The notes under the pieces: generated by a model
What the model was told of the DNA's origin: nothing
What the model saw: the letters and a program-made list of their open reading frames with translations, nothing else
Database searches by the model: none
Origin: Nitrospira sp.
Lineage (GTDB): Bacteria > Nitrospirota > Nitrospiria > Nitrospirales > Nitrospiraceae
Length of the DNA: 64,000 nt
Assembly: GCA_046604365.1 (NCBI GenBank)
Contig: JBJACV010000007.1
Coordinates: 121,877-185,876, forward strand
Direction: 5' to 3'
Made by a program: the position numbers and the translations under genes
Shown: positions 9,858 to 19,765 of the stretch, one piece after another
Layout: every line of letters begins with the position of its first letter
How positions within the stretch are numbered: the stretch's first letter is position 1

Positions 9858-10193
9858 ATGAGAGCGATGTCGTGGGCTGTCGGTATTGCGATGGTGACGA
9901 TGGTTGCAACTGGCTGTACAACCACTGGTCAACAGAGCATGGATAACAAGGAATACACCCCCCCTACAAGCATTTACAACATTCTGGATAGCACCGCATT
10001 GGTTTATTCGAACCCGGTTGCCGGATCGGCCATCAATGACCATCCGCTCCGTTGGGTGGGATTCATTTCACACCCATTCGGCCATGCCTTCGATTATGGC
10101 GTCAATCGTCCGATGTATACTCTTGGCGGCAGTATCCCCTATATCTTCGGTTATACAGCGGAAGATAGCATGCTGGACGCACAGCGCCACTAG
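9858..10193 (+). CDS. Small putative lipoprotein, unknown function
   Basis: The track ORF begins at 9831. The ATG at 9858 has GAGG about 8 nt upstream and yields MRAMSWAVGIAMVTMVATGC, a signal peptide with lipobox (VATG|C). It is followed by a strong intrinsic terminator. Confidence 0.55.
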   Translation: MRAMSWAVGIAMVTMVATGCTTTGQQSMDNKEYTPPTSIYNILDSTALVYSNPVAGSAINDHPLRWVGFISHPFGHAFDYGVNRPMYTLGGSIPYIFGYTAEDSMLDAQRH

Positions 10194-10221
10194 TTTGCGG
10201 TAGACGAGTTGTCTTACGATG

Positions 10222-10257
10222 GGCCTGCTTCTCTCTGAGGAGCAGGCCTTTGTTTTT
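10222..10257 (+). terminator. Rho-independent terminator downstream of the small lipoprotein gene
   Basis: GGCCTGCTTCTC (10222-10233) pairs with GAGGAGCAGGCC (10237-10248): 12 bp including one G-U, with a 3-nt loop. It is followed by TTTGTTTTT (10249-10257). Confidence 0.7.
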
Positions 10258-10326
10258 ACTCTTCGCCAAGCTTCTCCAAATCGTGTATCGTCTAGACAGA
10301 GCCGTCTTTCCCTTGAGGAGCGCCTA

Positions 10327-11475
10327 ATGGATATCTCCGGCCGGTATGTGTGTCTGGCAAGTGTTCTTTTGGTTGTTCTTGTCATGGTTGGCTGTAGCCA
10401 GCAGACATCCGTGCGCTCAAACCTCCCCCCTTCCGCAACCGATCTGGTTCTTCTCAAATCGACGGCACTCTGCGAACGCAAACAGGAGTTTTTGAAGAAA
10501 CACGCCTCGACGGTCCCCAAGTCGAATGCATGGGGCAGTGGACAGGAGATCGTAATTTCGCAGGCAAAAAGCGCGTCGAAGGGAGATGAGTCGTATTTTA
10601 TCGATGAGGACGGACTCCTCGTCGGAGCCCTCTTCACTTTTCCGAAGGGACTCAATCTTGACCGCTATCCTGTGCTTCGAGACACGCTGTCTCGGCTGAA
10701 GCCTGCGCTGGAGTTTTATTTGAACGTGTCGCAACTAGAGACGAAAGCGAACATGGAGGCCAGCAGCATCTTCGAAACGGGAGACGAGAAGAGCACCACA
10801 CAATATCTGGTCACCGGTTCACGGGATCACCCGATCCTTCTTCAGGCGTCCTTTACCATCGATCCCTATGTGCGGCTGTTCTCTCCCTATCGCCGGGAGT
10901 TTCTAGATCGGCTCAGGAACCCCAAAGGAGGGAAAGGCGGACTCACCATCGAGAGCCAGGGCAGCGAGGACAAGGAGCCGTTTCTTTCACTCCAGCAATT
11001 CGCCCGCGGACAAACCGCGCAGCTGGCCTACTGTGGCGACAAGAATTATGACATCGCAGGGGACGCGTATCAAAAGGCCATCGCCGGCGGGTTTACGAAC
11101 AAGGTCTGGCTTGCCGAAGCGCATCATAAGCTCGGGCTGGCCTCGGCGGCTAAAGGCCAATTCGATAAGGCGAAAACAGAAATGTTGCAATCACTCGCGA
11201 TCAGACCCAACATTCCGGAGGTCTTGAACAACCTCGGCACGGTCCATGTCAAACTTGGTGAGAGAGCTGAAGCGTTAGGCCTGTTCGAAAAGGCTGTGAC
11301 CCTGCGCCCCAATTATGCCGTGGCCCGGTATAATCTTGCGGAAGCCTCCGAAGAGACCAACCCCAAGCGCGCATTGGCGGAATATGAAACATTCCTTGCC
11401 CTGGTCGAAGGGATTCCCGAAGAAGAAGCTCGAGCAGCTCACGCGAACGAACGAATCAAAGTTTTGAAACAGTAA
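10327..11475 (+). CDS. TPR-repeat lipoprotein
   Basis: The track ORF starts at 10219 but that part overlaps the terminator. The ATG at 10327 gives MDISGRYVCLASVLLVVLVMVGCSQQ (lipobox). The C-terminal third has TPR repeats (AHHKLGLASAAKGQFDKAKTEMLQSLAIRPN, NNLGTVHVKLGERAEALGLFEKAVTLRPNY, ARYNLAEA). Confidence 0.7.
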   Translation: MDISGRYVCLASVLLVVLVMVGCSQQTSVRSNLPPSATDLVLLKSTALCERKQEFLKKHASTVPKSNAWGSGQEIVISQAKSASKGDESYFIDEDGLLVGALFTFPKGLNLDRYPVLRDTLSRLKPALEFYLNVSQLETKANMEASSIFETGDEKSTTQYLVTGSRDHPILLQASFTIDPYVRLFSPYRREFLDRLRNPKGGKGGLTIESQGSEDKEPFLSLQQFARGQTAQLAYCGDKNYDIAGDAYQKAIAGGFTNKVWLAEAHHKLGLASAAKGQFDKAKTEMLQSLAIRPNIPEVLNNLGTVHVKLGERAEALGLFEKAVTLRPNYAVARYNLAEASEETNPKRALAEYETFLALVEGIPEEEARAAHANERIKVLKQ

Positions 11476-11580
11476 CTCCTGCCCTCTACTCGCAGCAGGC
11501 CCACTCGCGACAAGAATCAATTATTTGAGGGCCGGCTTTGAGCCACTGTTGCTTAACTCAGCGAGGGACGAAGGGAAGGG

Positions 11581-12048
11581 CTAACGGTTGGCCCGTTCTT
11601 CCTGCTCTTGGAGGGTCTTGCACTCGATACAGAGAGTCGTGACCGGACGGGCCTTGAGGCGCTTGTAAGGAATGTCTCCGTCGCACCGCTCGCAGATCCC
11701 ATAGGTGCCGCTGCTCATTCGATCCAGCGCTTCCTCGATCTTCTTGAGCAACTTCCGCTCGCGATCGCGAATCCGCATCGAAAAGTTCTGGTCGACTTCG
11801 GCCGATGCCTGATCGCTGACGTCGGGAAACGCTTCAAGGTCGGGCCGGTTCGTCAGCACTTCCTCAACTTCTTCGAGGATTGCCGTGCGTTGGCGTTCGA
11901 GGTCACGGCGAATATCAGGATACTTGGCCGACGCCGAGCCTGATTTCTTCTTATTCTTGCGAGCCGGGGGTGTGGCGGCTGCTGTTGTCGATGATTTTGC
12001 CGAGGACGCGCGTTTAGCGGTAGAACGGACCTTCATGGCCCTCCCCAA
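11581..12048 (-). CDS. dksA: DksA/TraR family C4-type zinc-finger protein
   Basis: 155 aa. Coiled-coil region with acidic tip (DVSDQASAEVDQNF) and a CERC..(17)..CIEC zinc finger. It carries a basic Lys/Ala/Ser-rich N-terminal extension. Confidence 0.8.
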   Translation of the reverse strand: MGRAMKVRSTAKRASSAKSSTTAAATPPARKNKKKSGSASAKYPDIRRDLERQRTAILEEVEEVLTNRPDLEAFPDVSDQASAEVDQNFSMRIRDRERKLLKKIEEALDRMSSGTYGICERCDGDIPYKRLKARPVTTLCIECKTLQEQEERANR

Positions 12049-12124
12049 CTCTTGAGAGTGGACAGCACGGAGGAACTATAGCAGGCTGATTGAGAAGGGG
12101 TCAACGGGGCAACACCGACGGGGT

Positions 12125-12727
12125 TTACAGATCTCGCCGTCCCTCGATGGATTTCAGCAACGTCACTTCATCCGCATACTCAATATCCATTCCAACAGGA
12201 ATCCCGTAGGCGATGCGAGAGACCCGCACGCCGAACGGCTTGAGGAGCCTGGTGAGATAGATCGCAGTGGCTTCCCCCTCGATGGTCGGGTTCGTAGCGA
12301 GAATGACTTCCTCCACACCGCCCAGTTTGATACGGTCGGCTAGTTCTTCAGCCCGGATGTCTCCGGGACCGATGCCATCGAGTGGGGAGAGTGCGCCTAA
12401 CAAGACATGGTACAGTCCCCGATGGACGCCGGCCCGCTCGATCGCATAGAGCGTACTCGGTTCTTCAACGACGAGGATCTTCGTACGGTCCCGCTTCGGG
12501 TCCAGACAGAATTCGCACAGGTCTCCCTCGGCAATGTTGCGGCATTGAGTGCAGAAGGCTAACCCGTCCTTTACCGCCCGAATCGCCTCGGCCAAACGCA
12601 ATGCATCTTCCCGCTCGGCCTTCATGAGGTAAAAGGCCAACCGTTGCGCGCTCTTTTGACCGACCCCGGGGAGGCGAACGAGTTCCTTGATCAGCCGTGC
12701 CAGCAAGCCCTGTTGGTCGACGGCCAT
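12125..12727 (-). CDS. recR: Recombination protein RecR
   Basis: 200 aa. LPGVGQKSAQRLAFYL helix-hairpin-helix, C4 zinc finger (CTQCRNIAEGDLCEFC), and a Toprim region. Confidence 0.95.
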   Translation of the reverse strand: MAVDQQGLLARLIKELVRLPGVGQKSAQRLAFYLMKAEREDALRLAEAIRAVKDGLAFCTQCRNIAEGDLCEFCLDPKRDRTKILVVEEPSTLYAIERAGVHRGLYHVLLGALSPLDGIGPGDIRAEELADRIKLGGVEEVILATNPTIEGEATAIYLTRLLKPFGVRVSRIAYGIPVGMDIEYADEVTLLKSIEGRRDL

Positions 12728-12729
12728 CG

Positions 12730-13053
12730 TTAAAACAGGCCTGGGATTTTCATCCCGCCGGTTAAGGCTTTCATCTCACTCTCCATCAGTTCTTTGGCTT
12801 TTCGCAGCGCCTCATTGGTCGCCGCCACGACGAGATCTTGCAGCATATCCACATCGCCGCTCTTGACGATCTCGGGGTCGATCGCCACGCTGACGATCTG
12901 CATGGCGCCGTTTGCGGTTACCGTGACGATTCCACCGCCGGCTGTCCCGCTGGCGGTCTTCGACGCCGCCTGTTCTTGGAGTTTAGCCATCTGTTCCTGC
13001 ATGGCCTGGGCTTGCTTGAGGATGTTGTTCATATTGCCGAAAGGACTTTTCAT
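12730..13053 (-). CDS. ybaB: Nucleoid-associated protein YbaB/EbfC
   Basis: 107 aa. MNNILKQAQAMQEQMAKLQE...GGGIVTVTANG...AATNEALRKA. Conserved dnaX-ybaB-recR synteny. Confidence 0.9.
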   Translation of the reverse strand: MKSPFGNMNNILKQAQAMQEQMAKLQEQAASKTASGTAGGGIVTVTANGAMQIVSVAIDPEIVKSGDVDMLQDLVVAATNEALRKAKELMESEMKALTGGMKIPGLF

Positions 13054-14870
13054 TCTGTGGCCTCCTTCTGGGCTACTCGTCGGACCTCGGTCAATTCTGT
13101 GCCGAAGATCTCGATCGCCTGTTTCACTGTAGGATTGGCCCGTGCCCGCTCAAACAGCACAAGCCGCTGGTCCTGTTCTTTGGCTGCCCGCACTTGTGCC
13201 ATCGTCGGTCCCGGAGGATCTGTCTCGGCGAGCTCAACGACGCGGATCCGCACCGGAATACCGGACTGCTCCTGGCACAGTGTCGCCAGCGCCCGGAGAT
13301 GCTCTTCTTTCTCCAATCTGGTCCGTGCCAATGTCGAGTGTTTGGCAAATCCGATTGTCACAAGACCTCCCTCTATGCCAAGAAACCTGCCGGCTTCCAG
13401 GAACGGGGCAATATTGGGAAACGAAGCCGCGATCTCGTTCTGGATGGCTTCCCAATTCAGTGTGGCTTGTCCGGCCACCGATTGGGCAGTAGCTGCGATC
13501 AGGGTAGCCGCGGCTTCCTTGGGTGTAGGCTGATCAGGTGGCCGTTGTGGCATCGGCCTTTCCCCTAGTTTCGGTTGTGACAGTGAGACGGGTTTGGATT
13601 GCGGCTGGGAGGCGGCCGGATCAGTACGGCCAGACGGAGCGGAAGTGGCGACGGATGGATCCGTGGAAGAGGCAGCTGATCGTGAATCAATGGCTTCAGA
13701 ACGGACGGGAGATTTTTGTCCTGCGGGTGCAGGGGCTGTTTGAAACAGGCGGGGATCGCCGGTGTCTCGCCGGCGTAACAACCGCGTTGCCCGAATCGCC
13801 GCGGTTTCCAGCACGAAACGCGGATGGGCGCTGAGCCGGAGCGAATCTTCCGCCTGAATAAAGAGGGTCAGCAGTTCCTGAAGCTGTTCCGGGGTCAGGG
13901 TCTTGGCATCCGTCGCAAGCTGTTTGATGTCCTCCTCGGAGGCTTCAATCAGGCTGCGCAACTCATCTGTCGACGGAACGACGGACGCTACGAGAAGATT
14001 ACGGATCTGCTCCACGACGTCGTCACAAAACGCCCGCAAGTCATGCCCCTGGTCCATGAGGTTCGCCAGCACGGTGAGTGCTGCAGCACTATCTTGGGTC
14101 ATCACGGCCTTGACGATGCCTTGCACCAGTTCGTGAGGCACGGCTCCGAGGAGCGCTTCGAGATCCGGATGATGGATCGTCTTACCCCCGAACGCAATGG
14201 CTTGATCGAGAAGACTCAGAGCATCACGCATACTGCCTTCACTCGCCCGTGCCAGGGCGAGGAAGCTACGCTCCTCAATGGTCAGTTGATCCTGCTCAGC
14301 TACGTGGCGAAGCCGTTCGATGATCTCGGCCCGTGCAATCCGGCGGAAATTGTAATGCTGGCAGCGCGAAAGAATGGTTGCGGGGATTTTGTGAATTTCC
14401 GTCGTCGCGAAAATGAAGACGACGTGTGCCGGAGGCTCTTCAAGGGTTTTCAGCAACGCGTTGAACGCCGAGTTCGACAGCATGTGTACTTCGTCGATGA
14501 TATAGACCCGGTACTGGCCTCGGAAGGGCGTGAATTTGACGTTTTCCCGAATCTCGCGCACATCGTCCACGCTGGTATTGGAGGCGCCGTCGATCTCGAC
14601 CACATCGACTGAGCTGCCCTGCGCGATCTCCAGGCAGTTCGCGCAACGGTCGCACGGGCGGCCTGTGGGGCCCTGCTCGCAGTTCAGCGCCTTCGCGAGA
14701 ATGCGCGCGACGGTTGTTTTTCCCACTCCGCGGGTACCGGAAAACAGGTAGGCGTGTGCAATGCGTTTCGTCGAGACCGCATTCATCAAGGTCTGCACGA
14801 CGTGCGGCTGACCAATCACATCGTCGAATGTGCCGGGACGGTATTTGCGGGCGGAAACTTGGTAATCCAT
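13050..14870 (-). CDS. dnaX: DNA polymerase III subunit gamma/tau
   Basis: 606 aa. YRPGTFDDVIGQPHV, Walker A GTRGVGKTTVARILAK, zinc module CDRCANC, and IIDEVHMLS. Pro/Ser-rich linker, then a tau C-terminal domain. Confidence 0.95.
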   Translation of the reverse strand: MDYQVSARKYRPGTFDDVIGQPHVVQTLMNAVSTKRIAHAYLFSGTRGVGKTTVARILAKALNCEQGPTGRPCDRCANCLEIAQGSSVDVVEIDGASNTSVDDVREIRENVKFTPFRGQYRVYIIDEVHMLSNSAFNALLKTLEEPPAHVVFIFATTEIHKIPATILSRCQHYNFRRIARAEIIERLRHVAEQDQLTIEERSFLALARASEGSMRDALSLLDQAIAFGGKTIHHPDLEALLGAVPHELVQGIVKAVMTQDSAAALTVLANLMDQGHDLRAFCDDVVEQIRNLLVASVVPSTDELRSLIEASEEDIKQLATDAKTLTPEQLQELLTLFIQAEDSLRLSAHPRFVLETAAIRATRLLRRRDTGDPRLFQTAPAPAGQKSPVRSEAIDSRSAASSTDPSVATSAPSGRTDPAASQPQSKPVSLSQPKLGERPMPQRPPDQPTPKEAAATLIAATAQSVAGQATLNWEAIQNEIAASFPNIAPFLEAGRFLGIEGGLVTIGFAKHSTLARTRLEKEEHLRALATLCQEQSGIPVRIRVVELAETDPPGPTMAQVRAAKEQDQRLVLFERARANPTVKQAIEIFGTELTEVRRVAQKEATE

Positions 14871-14973
14871 ACATCCGTTAGGGATTAGAGGTAAGGCGTG
14901 CGGGGATGTGCTGAAGGACGACAGAAGAAAGAATCGCCTTACGCCTCACGTTTCACGCCTTACGCCTTCTACA

Positions 14974-15076
14974 GCGGGGCCAGGTGATCCTGCGGCACAC
15001 AGAACTGACCGCTTACCGTTGCTTCCTTCCGGACCTGGCGGGGTTCACAGGGTTCTGTCGCACAGGGCCCAGCCCC
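14974..15076 (-). ncRNA. ffs: Signal recognition particle RNA (small, 4.5S-type)
   Basis: The reverse strand reads GGGGCUGGGCC...CCAGGUCCGGAAGGAAGCAACGGUAAGC...GGCCCCGCU. CAGGUCCGGAAGGAAGCA is the conserved domain IV core, the termini are complementary, and the position upstream of dnaX is the common synteny. Ends are approximate (plus or minus 5 nt). Confidence 0.8.
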
Positions 15077-15171
15077 TTGTTCGCATACAGCATTCACTCA
15101 ATCTCGAGACGCCCAAAAGAGTGGACGGGTCACACGAAGTGCGGTATGGCGGATCCGCCTTGTGCATCGCC

Positions 15172-15196
15172 ATAAGAAACTGGCGAGATCTCGCCA
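15172..15196 (-). terminator. Hairpin plus short T-run downstream of tRNA-Ser
   Basis: Perfect palindrome TGGCGAGATCTCGCCA (15181-15196), about 20 nt 3' of the tRNA on the minus strand. It is followed on that strand by GTTTCTTAT. Confidence 0.4.
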
Positions 15197-15216
15197 TCAT
15201 TTGCCACAGCAAATGG

Positions 15217-15306
<90 letters not shown>

Positions 15307-15332
15307 ACGGCCGGGACAGTCAAAGAGGCGGC

Positions 15333-15361
15333 ATCTTAACATGGGCTCTCATGAGCGGCAA
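15333..15361 (-). promoter_or_regulatory. Candidate sigma-70-like promoter for tRNA-Ser
   Basis: Minus strand: TTGCCG (15361-15356), 17-nt spacer, TAAGAT (15338-15333), about 26 nt upstream of the tRNA. It shares AGCCCATGyTA with the tRNA-Val promoter. Confidence 0.35.
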
Positions 15362-15561
15362 GGTGAACAGGGGCTTTTCCGCTTGATTCAACAAGGAATC
15401 TGCCGGGTCGGTGGATTGCGACAATATTTTGCCCCCTACCCAATTCCTCGATCGTATGGGTTGACACTTGGATACATCCGACGGTACAAACGCTGTACGG
15501 CATCACGTGTTTTTTCGGTTCGAGATATCGCGGTAGCAGCTCCGCGGACAGGCGCACTTGT

Positions 15562-15644
15562 GCGAGAGTGGCGGAACTGGCAGACGCGCGAGACTTAGGA
15601 TCTCGTGGGTAACCGTGGGGGTTCAAGTCCCCCCTCTCGCACCA
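15562..15644 (+). tRNA. tRNA-Leu (anticodon UAG), CCA encoded
   Basis: Acceptor GCGAGAG/CTCTCGC, anticodon stem CGAGA/TCTCG with loop CTTAGGA, long variable arm, T arm GGGG-TTCAAGT-CCCC, discriminator A, then CCA. Confidence 0.9.
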
Positions 15645-15703
15645 TAAAAGTCGATGATGATCGCTAGAGAGTATCCGACGCTGAAGAGAAGGATTCCCAC
15701 CCG

Positions 15704-17020
15704 ATGAAAATGGAAATGACAGAATTGGGCCCCATGAAACGCGCGTTGAAAATCGAGGTGCCGGCCGACGAAGTGACGCAGCGATTTTCCCGGGCCTACG
15801 TTGAATTGAACCGCCAGGTTCGAATTCCCGGGTTTCGACCAGGGAAAGCTCCGTTGGCCATCTTGGAAAAACGCTATGCCAAAGCCATAGAAGAAGACGT
15901 CATCAGAAGTCTTATCCCGGATTATTACGATCAAGCCGTCAAGCAGGCGGGGATCAGCCCTGTGGTCGTAGAAATTCCGCCCCTGGATCGCGTCAAAATT
16001 AAGAAGGATTCGCCATTTACGTTTACCGCGACCGTTGAGATCAAACCAAAAATCGAACTGCGTGATTATAAGGCGCCCAGTCCCATTTCTCTCAAGCCGG
16101 ACAAGCGGACGGTGGCAGATGAGCAGGTGGACCGTGCACTGGAAGTGCTGCGTGAGCAACAGGCGAGATTAGACGCAGCGCCTGCTGGAACGGCCTTGGC
16201 CGAAGGCGACTATGCCGTGGTCTCCCTCGAAGGGTTCTTGGACGGCGGGCCGCTCGATGGCACGAAGAAAGAGGGCCATCTCCACAAAGTCGGCTCGAAG
16301 GCCGCCTTGCTTGGAATTGAAGTCGATGCTCACCTGGTCGGTAAGGTGGAAGGGAGCGTCATCGAGATCGCTCAACCGTATCCGGCCAGCCACCCCGATC
16401 TTCGGGTCGCGGGCAAGACCGTCCAGTTCCGTTTGAGCATCACGGGAGTCAAGCATAAGCAGCTCCCCGCCCTTGACGACGAGCTTGCCAAGGACTGCGG
16501 TCCATACGCCTCGATTCAGGAACTGAAAGATACGGTACGGGGTGAAATGGAAAAGGCGCTCAAGAAAGACATCGAACAGTCGTACAAAGATACGATCCTC
16601 TCGCGCCTGGCCGACACCTATCATTTCGATCTGCCCGAGACCCTGGTCGAGCGTGAGCTCGATACCATTGTTCGGCAGAAACTTCAGGAACGGCACCGGA
16701 GCAAGGACGCGGACCCGCTTCCTCCCGCGGACGCGGAGGAAAACCGGCGGATTCGCGAGGAGCATCGGGAGGCCGCGAATCGCCGTGTGAAAGTGGGATT
16801 GATCCTCGAAGCCGTTGCGGAAAAAGAAGGACTGTCCGTCAGCGAGGCGGATTTGAACGACGAAGTGACCCGGTTGGCTTCGGAACTGCGGGTGCCGCTG
16901 GCTGACCTGGTGAAAATGATTCAGGCGGGCGGCCAGGATTCCATCGAGAAGTTGCGCACGAAGATCTTGGCGGATCAGGCGCTGGATTTCGTCTACCGAC
17001 ACGCGGTAATTCAAGGATAA
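15704..17020 (+). CDS. tig: Trigger factor
   Basis: 438 aa. N-terminal ribosome-binding region with GFRPGKAP signature, central FKBP-like domain and helical C-terminal arm. tig-clpP-clpX synteny. Confidence 0.95.
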   Translation: MKMEMTELGPMKRALKIEVPADEVTQRFSRAYVELNRQVRIPGFRPGKAPLAILEKRYAKAIEEDVIRSLIPDYYDQAVKQAGISPVVVEIPPLDRVKIKKDSPFTFTATVEIKPKIELRDYKAPSPISLKPDKRTVADEQVDRALEVLREQQARLDAAPAGTALAEGDYAVVSLEGFLDGGPLDGTKKEGHLHKVGSKAALLGIEVDAHLVGKVEGSVIEIAQPYPASHPDLRVAGKTVQFRLSITGVKHKQLPALDDELAKDCGPYASIQELKDTVRGEMEKALKKDIEQSYKDTILSRLADTYHFDLPETLVERELDTIVRQKLQERHRSKDADPLPPADAEENRRIREEHREAANRRVKVGLILEAVAEKEGLSVSEADLNDEVTRLASELRVPLADLVKMIQAGGQDSIEKLRTKILADQALDFVYRHAVIQG

Positions 17021-17084
17021 CGACGGTGCCGGCGCATCCTGGCCTCAATGCAGAGGAAGGCTGTCGCGGAAAGGATTTGACGAC

Positions 17085-17723
17085 ATGTTGGTTCCCATCG
17101 TGGTCGAACAAACCAATCGAGGCGAACGCGCCTACGACATTTATTCACGGCTCCTCAAAGACCGCATTATTTTCCTCGGAGCCCCGATCGATGACGTGTT
17201 TGCCAATTTGGTGATCGCGCAGCTCCTTTTTCTGGAAGCGGAAGATCCTGAGAAAGACATCAATCTCTACGTCAATTCTCCCGGCGGCAGTGTCACGGCC
17301 GGATTGGGCATCTACGATACCATGCAGTATGTGAAGCCGCCGATCAACACGATTTGTCTGGGCCAGGCCGCCAGCATGGGCGCGTTGTTGTTGACCGCCG
17401 GCACCAGAGGCAAACGGTTTGCGCTGCCCAATGCACGCGTGATGATTCACCAGCCGCTGGGCGGTTTCCAAGGGCAGGCCACGGAAATCGACATCCATGC
17501 CAGGGAAATTCTGAAGATCCGGGAGCGCCTGAACGAGATCATGGCCAAGCATACGGGGCAGACCATCGAAAAAATCTCCCACGATACCGAGCGGGATTAT
17601 TTCATGTCCGGTGAAGAAGCCAAGCGATATGGACTTATCGATGAGGTCATCACGCGGCCGCCCAAAGTCGTCAAGGCGGCGGAATCCGGAGACAGCGGCA
17701 AGGACGAGGCCAAGAGCAAGTAA
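17085..17723 (+). CDS. clpP: ATP-dependent Clp protease proteolytic subunit
   Basis: 212 aa. [30 protein letters not shown], catalytic [11 protein letters not shown], and MIHQPLGG. Confidence 0.95.
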   Translation: MLVPIVVEQTNRGERAYDIYSRLLKDRIIFLGAPIDDVFANLVIAQLLFLEAEDPEKDINLYVNSPGGSVTAGLGIYDTMQYVKPPINTICLGQAASMGALLLTAGTRGKRFALPNARVMIHQPLGGFQGQATEIDIHAREILKIRERLNEIMAKHTGQTIEKISHDTERDYFMSGEEAKRYGLIDEVITRPPKVVKAAESGDSGKDEAKSK

Positions 17724-17736
17724 CACAGGAGGGCAC

Positions 17737-18993
17737 ATGGCCAAGCAAGAGAAGATGGATCGACACTTGCGGTGCTCTTTCTGTGGAAAGAGCCGCGATG
17801 AAGTGCGGAAGCTGATCGCCGGGCCGACCGTCTATATCTGCGACGAATGCGTCAATCTGTGCAACGACATCATCGCCGAAGATTGGGAGGAAGCGAAAGA
17901 GGAAATCTCCTCCAAGCTCAAGAAGCCGGCGGAAATCAAACATCACTTGGATCAGTATGTCGTTGGGCAGGAGCGCGCCAAACGGATTTTGTCCGTTGCG
18001 GTGCATAACCATTACAAGCGCATTTCTTCGAAGGAGAAGGAAGTCGACGATATCGAGCTCCAGAAGGGCAATATTCTGATGGTGGGCCCGACCGGCACCG
18101 GGAAGACTCTCCTGGCTCAAACTCTGGCCAAGTACTTGGATGTGCCGTTTACCCTTGCTGATGCAACGACACTCACAGAAGCGGGGTATGTGGGCGAAGA
18201 TGTCGAAAATATCATCCTGAAGCTTCTTCAAGCAGCCGACTACGATGTGGAGCGGGCCGAGCGCGGCATCGTCTACATCGACGAGATCGACAAGATCAGC
18301 CGGAAAAGCGACAGTCCGTCGATCACACGGGACGTGTCCGGCGAAGGGGTGCAGCAAGCGCTGCTGAAACTGATCGAGGGCACCGTTGCCAATGTTCCTC
18401 CGCAAGGCGGGAGAAAGCATCCTCATCAAGAGTTCATCCAGGTCAACACCAGCAACATCCTCTTTATCTGCGGTGGAGCCTTTGTCGGCTTGGAGCAACT
18501 CATTGAGCAGCGGATCAATCGGAAATCCATGGGATTTGGAGCCGAGATTCGAGGGCGAAGCGAGATCCGTTTGGGCGATCTTCTCGCCAAAGTGCAGCCC
18601 GAAGATTTCCTCAAGTACGGGCTGATCCCCGAATTCGTCGGACGTCTGCCGGTCGTGGCGACTCTGGAGGAATTGGACGAGCGGGCGCTTATCCGAATCC
18701 TCACAGAGCCTCGAAACGCGCTGACGAAGCAGTATGAGAAGTTATTGTCGTTTGAAAAAGTGAAGCTGAGATTTACCGAAGGGGCGTTGGGTGCCGTTGC
18801 GCGGAAAGCCTACGCGCAAAAAACCGGTGCGCGCGGGCTCCGGGCCATCTTGGAAGAGGTCATGCTGGACATCATGTACGATGCTCCGTCCCAGAAACAG
18901 ATCAAAGAAGTCGTCATTACTGAAGATGCGATTACGGGAAAAAACCCGCCAATCCGCATATTTGAGCAGGAGATCGACGCGAAAAGCGCGTAA
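17737..18993 (+). CDS. clpX: ATP-dependent Clp protease ATP-binding subunit ClpX
   Basis: The track ORF starts at 17611 inside clpP. The ATG at 17737 (AGGAGG 7 nt upstream) gives [27 protein letters not shown] (zinc-binding domain). It also has Walker [16 protein letters not shown] and [10 protein letters not shown]. Confidence 0.95.
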   Translation: MAKQEKMDRHLRCSFCGKSRDEVRKLIAGPTVYICDECVNLCNDIIAEDWEEAKEEISSKLKKPAEIKHHLDQYVVGQERAKRILSVAVHNHYKRISSKEKEVDDIELQKGNILMVGPTGTGKTLLAQTLAKYLDVPFTLADATTLTEAGYVGEDVENIILKLLQAADYDVERAERGIVYIDEIDKISRKSDSPSITRDVSGEGVQQALLKLIEGTVANVPPQGGRKHPHQEFIQVNTSNILFICGGAFVGLEQLIEQRINRKSMGFGAEIRGRSEIRLGDLLAKVQPEDFLKYGLIPEFVGRLPVVATLEELDERALIRILTEPRNALTKQYEKLLSFEKVKLRFTEGALGAVARKAYAQKTGARGLRAILEEVMLDIMYDAPSQKQIKEVVITEDAITGKNPPIRIFEQEIDAKSA

Positions 18994-19006
18994 CGGTACG
19001 CACATG

Positions 19007-19035
19007 CGCGGGGCAATGTGTCTACCGCCCCGCGC
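19007..19035 (+). terminator. GC hairpin downstream of clpX (no U-tract)
   Basis: GCGCGGGG (19007-19014) pairs with CCCCGCGC (19028-19035), with a 13-nt loop. It starts 14 nt after the clpX stop and is not followed by a T run. Confidence 0.3.
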
Positions 19036-19204
19036 GATTGCCGCGCTCCTGTTCCCTGTGTGTTTCCGCCCGCCCCGCCCGCTCTATCAGCCAAGTCCGC
19101 ATTTCCTGTGCCGTAGAACTCTCAGCTTTTTCTCGACAAGCTGGAACACTGCGCTATACTTGCGACGTACGAATCTGCCACGAGCAAGAAGAAGAGGATC
19201 GCCT

Positions 19205-19723
19205 GTGAAATACCCTGTTGCATCCAGCCTTCGTCATCGAGGGAAAACGCTTGAGCTTGATGAGACACGCGAACTGGTTACGTTATTGGGGATCAGCGGA
19301 GAACAGATCGGCAGTTTGTCGTGGGACTTCGTGATCGACCAGATCATGGCGTATCGCAAATTGCCTGTTCAGAAAGAAGTCCGATCCGAGCCGCGGATCT
19401 CGCTGGCGTTTCGGGTTCGCTACAATACTCCGGAAGGACAGAAATTCGAGAGTCGGGCAGGAGGTATCGGTGGCGGCGGCATGTTTATCGAAAGTCACGC
19501 GCCGCTCCCTGTGGGAACCAAGCTGTCCATGGAGTTCTCACTTCCGGAAAAGCCTGACGAATGGCTCCCGACGAAGGGGGTCGTGGCATGGGTGTGTCCC
19601 AAAGCCGATCAATATACGTTTAGCCCCGGGATGGGAGTGCAGTTTACAGAAGTCGCGCAGAATATTCGCGACCGGATTCTCGAGTTGGTGAAATCGACGC
19701 AGGTTAAAATCCCAGCGGCCTAG
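19205..19723 (+). CDS. PilZ-like domain protein (paralog 1)
   Basis: The GTG at 19205 (AAGAGGA upstream) is chosen because VKYPVASSLRHRGKTLELDE aligns with the MKFPVISTAGHQGKTMIVDA start of the downstream paralog. The C-terminal beta-barrel has an RSEPR (RxxxR) motif and ..PGMGVQF.., typical of PilZ/TIGR02266-like domains. Confidence 0.65.
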   Translation: MKYPVASSLRHRGKTLELDETRELVTLLGISGEQIGSLSWDFVIDQIMAYRKLPVQKEVRSEPRISLAFRVRYNTPEGQKFESRAGGIGGGGMFIESHAPLPVGTKLSMEFSLPEKPDEWLPTKGVVAWVCPKADQYTFSPGMGVQFTEVAQNIRDRILELVKSTQVKIPAA

Positions 19724-19765
19724 GATCCTAGCCTGCTTCCTCGTGCGCGAGGTCCAATCACAACC

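Noticed and set aside
13050-14870. Programmed -1 frameshift site in dnaX producing a gamma subunit
   Set aside because: I saw no A-AAA-AAG type heptamer followed by a stem-loop by eye. The only A-runs are GGGAAAAAC (the Walker A codons) and GACAAAAATC. This can't be excluded without a proper scan.
18791-19204. N-terminal 138-aa extension of the first PilZ ORF
   Set aside because: It overlaps the 3' end of clpX in another frame and crosses the post-clpX hairpin. Alignment with the downstream paralog supports the GTG at 19205.
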